Of a stretch of 64,000 nucleotides of DNA, positions 55,950 through 64,000 are shown in pieces. The position numbers were made by a program, and so were the translations under genes. This DNA is from Eledone cirrhosa (lineage: Eukaryota): assembly GCA_964016885.1 (NCBI GenBank), contig OZ024747.1:19654001-19718000 (forward strand). The letters run 5' to 3'. Under the pieces are notes generated by a model that did no database searches, was not told the origin of the DNA, and saw only the letters and a list, made by a program, of their open reading frames with translations. The stretch's first letter is position 1. Every line of letters starts with the position of its first letter.

Positions 55950-56650
55950 AAGGGCCGTTGGAGAGATTTTAAGGACATAGGAAAACATCAGGAGACCCAG
56001 TGGCAAACCCCGAAAAAGATGTTTGGAAAATTTAGCAACAGAGCGGATAGACTATAAAAATGTATACGATCGTGTTCCACACTCCCGTATATAGGAGTGT
56101 TTCCAAATAATCGGAGATGCAGACACCATTGAAAGATTACTAAGAAATACTAGGAAAAACTGAAAAACAGAGTTCACATCAGGGAATATGGCACTAGGAG
56201 TTACTATCAAAAGATGATAACGCTATTTTTCCAAGCGGATACGCTCCCACCACTGCTGTTTGTCATGGCTTTGATTCCGATAACCTTAGTTCTCGGAGAG
56301 GCAAAGTCTTAATACGAGTTACCTATTTCGCAATGGTGGGATAATAAATCACTTGCTCTTTATGGACGATCTGAAACTGCTTGATAAAAGTGAGAAGACA
56401 CTATACTGATTTATCTAAACGGTAAAAGTTTAGAATTTGCCACTTTCTTTACTCTCCTAATCTCCTAAACTATTCTTTCAACCTTTCATAGAGTATTTCA
56501 TCTTCCTCTAAAAAACCCAGATACTTGTAACTTTCACCTTCTCTTATTGATTTGATTATTGTGTCATGAAGTAGTTCTATACCTTCAGCTGTTACTTTCT
56601 CTCTTTTTAGTACTAGCATCATACATTTATTTATTCCAAAGAAGGAGACA
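55950..56650. mobile_element. R4/Dong-like RT relic split by an inversion (+ about 55950-56420; - 56470-56650)
   Basis: Plus: DYKNVYDRVPHS, IFQADTLPPLLFVMALIP, NHLLFMDDLKL. Minus: FGINKC..LVLKR..ESYKYLGFLE. Confidence 0.8.
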
Positions 56651-57637
56651 GCGCAACATGTCAACTGAGGCAAACCAGTAAAATGTGTACAATGGAATGG
56701 AATCGGAGAAATACAAAATAAATAAATGAATAAATAAACATAAGGATATTGAGTTTTTCAACACAATGTCGAGAGATAGAGATGAAATAAATGCAATGGT
56801 TTAGTTGAGACATTAGAATATATATCTAAAGAAATATGCTTCCTTGTTACAGAAAGATGACAGTTTGAAAAATGTCATTTGTACTCGTAGTACAAATGGG
56901 TATAAGAATCGTTGAATGAATTATATTAAGTTGATAAGTTAAGATCTAAGTTCAGAAAAAAAACTAGGACAGCAATGAGATGGAGTCATGTACTTTTTGT
57001 TCATATTCCGATGAAACTGTTATTTGAAAGAATAAAAATAAAAATAAGAACATTCATGCTGTAATGTAAAATTCTGTGTTACCAAACACTTAGTTAAATG
57101 AACAGACGAGAAGGATTCACATTTGGGTGGAATATCAGCTTCTCTGAAAATAAGATTCGATAATTAAAGGAAATGAACCGGAAATACCGTCTTAGCTGCC
57201 ACACGTCCACAAATAGTCATGTGGTGATTAAAAATAAAACACCAGTCTAATAATCAACTTCCACACTTTCACCAATTATTGTTTTCTTTTCCTTTCTTTT
57301 TTAAAGCTCATGTAAAAATTGTTTCGAAATTCGTATTATAAATATCAGGTGAGTAAATTCATTACCAAAATACTTGTTAAATAAACGTGTCTATAGTTAC
57401 TGCTTTAGCATTTAGAGGGTTACTCCAACAACTAAAAAATAGCAGCTGCTTTTCTTACAATCACAATCTACCCTTTTAAAATGTAGGGGTATGTTCCTTT
57501 TGATAAAACATTACAAGATGCAGGCTTGTTGATGACTACTGAAATAAGTTTCATCATAAATCTACATATTTAGAATTGACCTAGTTCTAATCACCAACAG
57601 TAACAGCAATAACACCTGCATTTAGACAGGGCAAATA

Positions 57638-57829
57638 ATAATTGTTTCTACTTTTGGCACAAGGCCAGCAATTACCCAGTACATTACTGGTACTTTATTT
57701 TATCGACCCCATAAGGATGAAAGGCAAAGTTAACCTCGACGGGATTTGAACACAGACCATAAAGGGACGTAACTATGCTAGAAAGCATGACGTCCAACCC
57801 TCTACCAATTCACCGCCAATTCACCGCCA
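57638..57829 (-). mobile_element. SINE with target-site duplication
   Basis: CAGGGCAAA(A)TAATAAT on both sides. Confidence 0.9.
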
Positions 57830-58659
57830 CAGGGCAAATAATAATGAATGGCTAAATGCCTGTGATTACTAAAAAAGAATTTGACTTCATAGAGGGAAAA
57901 AACTCTCTGGAGAGTTAGACAGCAGAAGGTCTTCAAAGAAGAAACACCCCTTATGCGAGTGTTTCGGCATTGACAATCTTACATTCTTACAGGGCCGACT
58001 CGCACCCAGGTCATGACTCCTGGGTCATATATAATATTACTTCACATATATTACTACTAACATGACATTTTCCAACATCCCATTCTACTCTGCAAATAAA
58101 AAGGTTTACAAAGAGGGTTACGGCATGAATTAGACTAATTTAGGTTTGAACTTGCGTCGTAGTATCAAGTTACCAGCTGAAGCTGGCTTAAGACCACACA
58201 GACAACACCAACGTAAGAAGCGAAAATCAATCTGTAGGGAAGCAAGAAGCAGAACGTAGATTGACATTGGTTAAACATTCCATCACTGATCAGCTATTAG
58301 TATCCGGATATTGCAATCTTACGAAATGACATCTCAGCAATGCTACAAAACAAGGTTTCCGGGCAAATTCCGTTTATGAGTATCGGTGGTGGCTACATTT
58401 TATATTGTGTGGAGAGGTTTAGGTGTGAAACCTTTCTCAACTCTGGTTCTTTTAATGTCTCAATACATTTTCTCTCACATCCTAACATTTGGCGATTATT
58501 AAAGAGTTTTATTCAAATTTATATTTTTAAATTTTACTTACTACCCCGCCTCCTTCTTACACTTCATCTCCTCCTCTCTATCCATCTCTTTCCATCTTTT
58601 TCTTTCTTTTTCCCTCTCTCTTTTTTTTCTTCTTTTTCTATCTTGTCTTCCTCCCTAAC

Positions 58660-58753
<94 letters not shown>

Positions 58754-58955
58754 TGTTATACTTGGGGAGGGTCATATTTGTGTAATATTGCCAGAATTAA
58801 TAACAGAACACACTCACTGTTTGGTTGGTTTTCGCTTCTGTGTGTTTTATATCGGTAATCTAATTTATTCGGTCCTCAATGTTGCCATTGACTGACCGAC
58901 GGTCAAAAATAATACAGATACAATATAGACACAAACACATATATATAGTTTATCA

Positions 58956-58989
58956 AAGTTCTTTCGTTGCACATCTGCCACATCGTCAG
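58956..58989 (-). ncRNA. HHR-like core, same family as 22424-22458
   Basis: CTGACGA T GTGGCA gatg TGCAAC GAAA GAACTT; helices I and III ambiguous. Confidence 0.5.
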
Positions 58990-59053
58990 TGGTGCTATTG
59001 TTTCCTCCCGTTACATTGTATGTCTACGCCATTTTTATTTAGTCTGTCTATAT

Positions 59054-59098
<45 letters not shown>

Positions 59099-59229
59099 CC
59101 CGGGTTCAATCGGTGGTAACCACAGTAAGTAAGGTACTCAATACATAGCAGAGTATCAATATTTAATATAGAAATGGCTTCTACCGGACTAGAGCTATTT
59201 AATTCGGGAGAAATCATCATAAGTCTGTA

Positions 59230-59500
59230 TTAAGCCAGAAGGCTCATTTGGTCGGTGCTTATCCCGGCTTCAAGGCGTGAAGCGACTAAGAGTACAAGAC
59301 TCCCCCCCCCCCCTGGACAGGACGCCAGTCCATCGCAGGTTTAAAGCTCCAGCTATTGCTGGTACTCAACTTCACCTGAGTATACTGGAGCAACGTGAAA
59401 CGAAGTATTTTGCTCAAGAACACAAAACACAACCCAGGAATCGAATCCCCGACATTATCATCGTAAGTCCAACACCCTTACCACTAGGCCACGAGCCTCC
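59230..59500 (-). mobile_element. CORE-type tRNA-derived SINE with LINE-like tail
   Basis: Minus strand GGAGGCTCGTGGCCTAGTGGTAAGG...GATTCGATTCC...TTCTTGAGCAA. Confidence 0.75.
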
Positions 59501-59510
59501 ACTATGTATG

Positions 59511-59555
<45 letters not shown>

Positions 59556-59556
59556 A

Positions 59557-59667
<111 letters not shown>

Positions 59668-59748
59668 GTTATTCCGGGTTGAATCGGAGGTAACCACAGT
59701 AAGTAAGGTACTCAATACATAGCAGAGTATAAAAGTTTTAATATAGAT

Positions 59749-59797
59749 GAGATTCTACAGGACTAGAACTGTTTCATTCATTAGAAATCATCAGGAA

Positions 59798-59801
<4 letters not shown>
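59749..59801 (-). ncRNA. Apparently intact type I hammerhead forming the end of an approximately 135-bp TA-flanked element (59667-59801); decayed copy at 59094-59226
   Basis: gagattc CTGATGA tttc taat gaat GAAA cag ttctagtc ctg TA gaatctc. Confidence 0.9.
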
Positions 59802-59861
<60 letters not shown>

Positions 59862-60156
59862 ATGTATCAGTAACAAATATACACGTGGGTCATATAAGGG
59901 TTACGTGGAAAACTTGCTAAAATCAAGAAGGCACTATTCTAAACGGTAAATGTTTAGAATTTAATACTTTCTTTACTCTCCTAAACTATAACGACCCCAC
60001 ACAGCGTATGTGGAAATGCAGTCGTCAAACATATAATTTTACTTACAATCTAATCAACGTATTGACGGACCACATGCGCTTCAATAGTGGTCTTTATTCA
60101 ACTTTCATTACTACCGATAACTTTAAACATTCAAATAATTAACTTTCACATAAGAA

Positions 60157-60460
60157 TAATTGTTTCTACTTTTGGCACAAGGCCAGCAATTATCCCAGTA
60201 CATTACTGGTGCTTTATTTTATCGACCCCGTAAGGATGAAAGGCAAAGTTAACCTAGGCGGGATTTGAACTCAAGCCATAAAGCGCCGTAATTATTTGAA
60301 GCAAAACATGGCGTAAGGCCTTCTACCAATACTGCCAATAATAAGGTGGCGAATTGGCAGAATTGGGAGAGCGTCGAATATGTCGATTTGGGATATTCTT
60401 TCCGACACCGTGCGTTCTCTAACTTCAAATATTGTTAAGATCAATTTTGCCTTTCATGCT
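60157..60460. mobile_element. Head-to-head SINE pair (60157-60338 minus; about 60343-60460 plus, older)
   Basis: Match the SINE consensus. Confidence 0.8.
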
Positions 60461-61830
60461 TTCAAAAAATTAAAGGAGAAATATAGGAAAATATATTGAG
60501 AAAATATATATAGGAGTTAAGTACTGAAGTCGATTCTTCCTCTATATGTGTTTCGCAACTTCTCCGTCAATCTGGACTTCTCAACTACGTTGAAACCAGG
60601 AGAGAGGATTGTATGCATCACGTTTAAACTGTCCGTATTACACAACGACACTCCAGCAACACCATCTTATAATAGTAATGGTAAATAATTTACACAATTT
60701 TAAAGAAATTCTTTATCAAAGTGGAAATAATGTTTGCTATCATGTATTTGAAAGTTCAATCGAATACTTATATATGATTATGAGGTCTTCCATCCTGAGC
60801 ATGCAAGCATTTATACAACGGTGTTTATGATATGGACTCTGTGTTTGATGAGGATTATGACGGGGGTAAATGCTTTTGATCGATATAATAATGAAAACGG
60901 ATGACCGCATTGGGAAATATCAAGATTATATTGTGTTCAATGGCACAACAAATCAGCAAAGACAAAGTTATACGTGAGAATCTCTTTCATGTATATGTGA
61001 TTATTTCTATATATTGGCAGGTTTCATAACAGGTATTACACGTAGAATCTCAAATATTTTCATGCAGTGTAACTAGACCAAGTCACTTTCTTCTCATCCA
61101 TTTTTTCGTTTAGAAGTATCATGTGACGCACAAGTTGGATTACAGTTATATATTAACATCAAACCCCGTATTGCATTCAGCGTGTTGATACTGCCAACAA
61201 TAATAAGATAATCCTACTCAGTAGTTGATGCATACACACAGATATATATACACTCTACAACAAATACAAACATATTGAAAAAAAGAATAATACAATTACA
61301 GTATAATACAATCCCAGAATAATACAATTACATACTCATACTCACACATACACAAATAAATGAAAACTGTCGGTAAAGAAATGTGAATAATTTGTTTATT
61401 CTTAATTTTTGTGTGGTGACTGGTTGATGGATAAAAATGAAGGAGTGGGTGCTGTGAGTGTATGTTTCTCAAAGAATGAAGACTAGCGTGGGTCATTACA
61501 AAAATGCTTGGATGACAAAATTGAGAATTTATATATATTTTTTATTATGGCTAGTTGATCAATCTTGATACACTGGGGTTTCATCGCTATACTTACAGGA
61601 TCATCATCATCATCATCATACCTGTATACACACACACACAACGACTATTTTTAAATATATGTATATATATATATATTTATTTATTTATTTAGGTTTGTTG
61701 GTTCACCACTGGATAGAACTGGTCATTCCGTATGGTCAATCTCGTTGTAATATTATGGAGAGCACTCAGCGTAATGCAACTCACCCGTCTTCGTTTGTGT
61801 AGTTGGTGGTGTGAGTACGGAGTTAATTAT

Positions 61831-61952
61831 TATAAAATAACAGGAGGCTTGACTGGTGTAAATCCTTGAAAGGTTTATTATACTATGATCATATATATAG
61901 TATAATAAACGTTTCAAGGATTTACACCAGTCCAGCCTCCTGTTATTTTATA
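61831..61952. repeat. Approximately 120-bp palindrome of the 26.0-kb HHR family tail
   Basis: TATAAAATAACAGGAGGC...TATTATACTAT / ATAGTATAATA...GCCTCCTGTTATTTTATA. Confidence 0.85.
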
Positions 61953-61964
61953 TATATATATATA

Positions 61965-62055
61965 TAGGTTGTTCTTTAAAAATGTATACACACTTTAACA
62001 GCATTCTAATAAATATTGCCTGTATCAAAGTGTTTATACATGTTTTGGGCACACC

Positions 62056-62058
<3 letters not shown>
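61965..62058. mobile_element. Small Tc1/mariner-type MITE
   Basis: Right end reads TACAGGGTGTGCCC in reverse complement; degenerate left TIR; ATGTATACACACTTT / AAAGTGTTTATACAT. Confidence 0.6.
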
Positions 62059-62090
<32 letters not shown>

Positions 62091-62833
62091 ACACCCACAT
62101 TTATATGGGAGATGCTTTCCGCATATACCCTTTATATTGTATTGCAATTCAATCGAATGCAGACATTTAGTGGCGATTCGACGCTCATAAGGATGTGTCC
62201 ATGTATGCAGGTTTGTGAAATAGTGCATCTTTTACAAATTGAAATTTCCTGGATTGACTCTTCTACACGTGATATAAATTTTATCGTAATGGTTACTTCA
62301 CTTAACCTGTTAATACACACGCCATTTCAGCTCATACTAGAATAACAAGAATCCCTGTAACAGCTGATATTTGCAGCATATCATAAACTATACAGATTAT
62401 CAATGTTTCCCAATAGAATAACTGAAGTGATTAAAATCTAACAAATTATATATATCTGAAGATATATGATGAGTTAATATTACATTTTGAAATAACATAA
62501 TTATCTCTCGTGTTTGTCAAGTATTATCACATCAGTCCTATTGTCTTGTCATATTTAATTAACGGATATAATAGCCCAGTAGGATTTTCATATTTCACCT
62601 TTACTCATAGATCGTGATTTCAGAGTAAAATAAAAGATAATTATGAACATTCCATATAATACTTTACTCTATATATCCTCGTGAGAATATCCTTTTGCGG
62701 GCATGCAGTTTATGATCATTTATATGTCTACCTATCTATCTATATCTATATCTATCTACTTACATACCTATCTATATATTTATCTATCTATCTACCTATC
62801 TGTCTATTTACCTGTCCGTAGCTCTCTTTCTAA

Positions 62834-62877
<44 letters not shown>

Positions 62878-62937
62878 TTATATAAATATTTGTGTGTGTA
62901 TGTGTTGTTCTACATGAGAGGTGTCCTGTCAATAAAT

Positions 62938-62990
<53 letters not shown>

Positions 62991-63600
62991 CGCAATACAC
63001 ACACACACACATATATATATATATATGCGTGTGCGTGCGTGTGTGTGTGTGTGTGTATTGCGTCATATGTGTATGGGCGTCGACAGAATTTGAACACAGG
63101 ATGCAAGGAAATAAATCATATATCACAATCCATGATCTCCAGTACTCTAAAACTCCCTCCACTACCAAGACTGAGACAGGGTTATTATTTCTCGGTGCCT
63201 AAAGTAGAAACAATTATTTCTCGACTATAAAAGAATGAAAGGCAAAATTGACCAGGGCAAAATTTGATCTGAGAAAGCAACGTGACATAATAAATGATGC
63301 AAATCATTTCGTCAAATGCTCTAATGCCTCTGAGAATTCATCACATTTGTCAATTACACCTTCAATAACATTATGTAAACGCTGCGATTCAACATACGTT
63401 CTAAGTACATATTGAACTGAACAAACAATTGTATACTATCAGATGGGGATATTATTATGCATATTCATTTGAGTGTGTGCTTAGTATCCCATATAAGTCT
63501 CATTTACTGTTTTACTCCAGCTTTGTATAGTTTATTCGTATATATAAATATATATAAGCACACCCATACACAAACACACCTACATGCATACACACACATA

Positions 63601-63647
<47 letters not shown>

Positions 63648-63648
63648 C

Positions 63649-64000
<352 letters not shown>

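Overview
AT-rich, microsatellite-dense eukaryotic DNA, probably cephalopod (octopus-like), inferred from the SINE family and repeat landscape. No intact host gene can be assembled, and most of the provided ORFs are simple-repeat artefacts. The window holds about 20 copies or fragments of one tRNA-derived SINE (mostly on the minus strand), two CORE-type SINEs, R4/Dong-like and RTE LINE fragments, and decayed hAT, Chapaev3-like and Tc1/mariner-type DNA transposon pieces. The dominant feature is a dense set of Penelope-like elements (PLEs; RT and GIY-YIG remnants) and short non-coding derivatives, nearly all sitting in (TA)n tracts and often arranged as inverted-arm palindromes. Reading by eye, I find roughly 25 type I hammerhead ribozyme (HHR) motifs, intact to degenerate, from at least ten sequence families. 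They include non-canonical cores repeated across copies (CAGANGA; compensated U3-A8), a recurrent U.U at positions 10.1/11.1, and large structured loop II insertions. A possible coding exon or pseudo-exon with a Walker-B-like motif lies at about 20.3 kb on the minus strand. All folds and alignments were done by hand; nothing was computed or searched.
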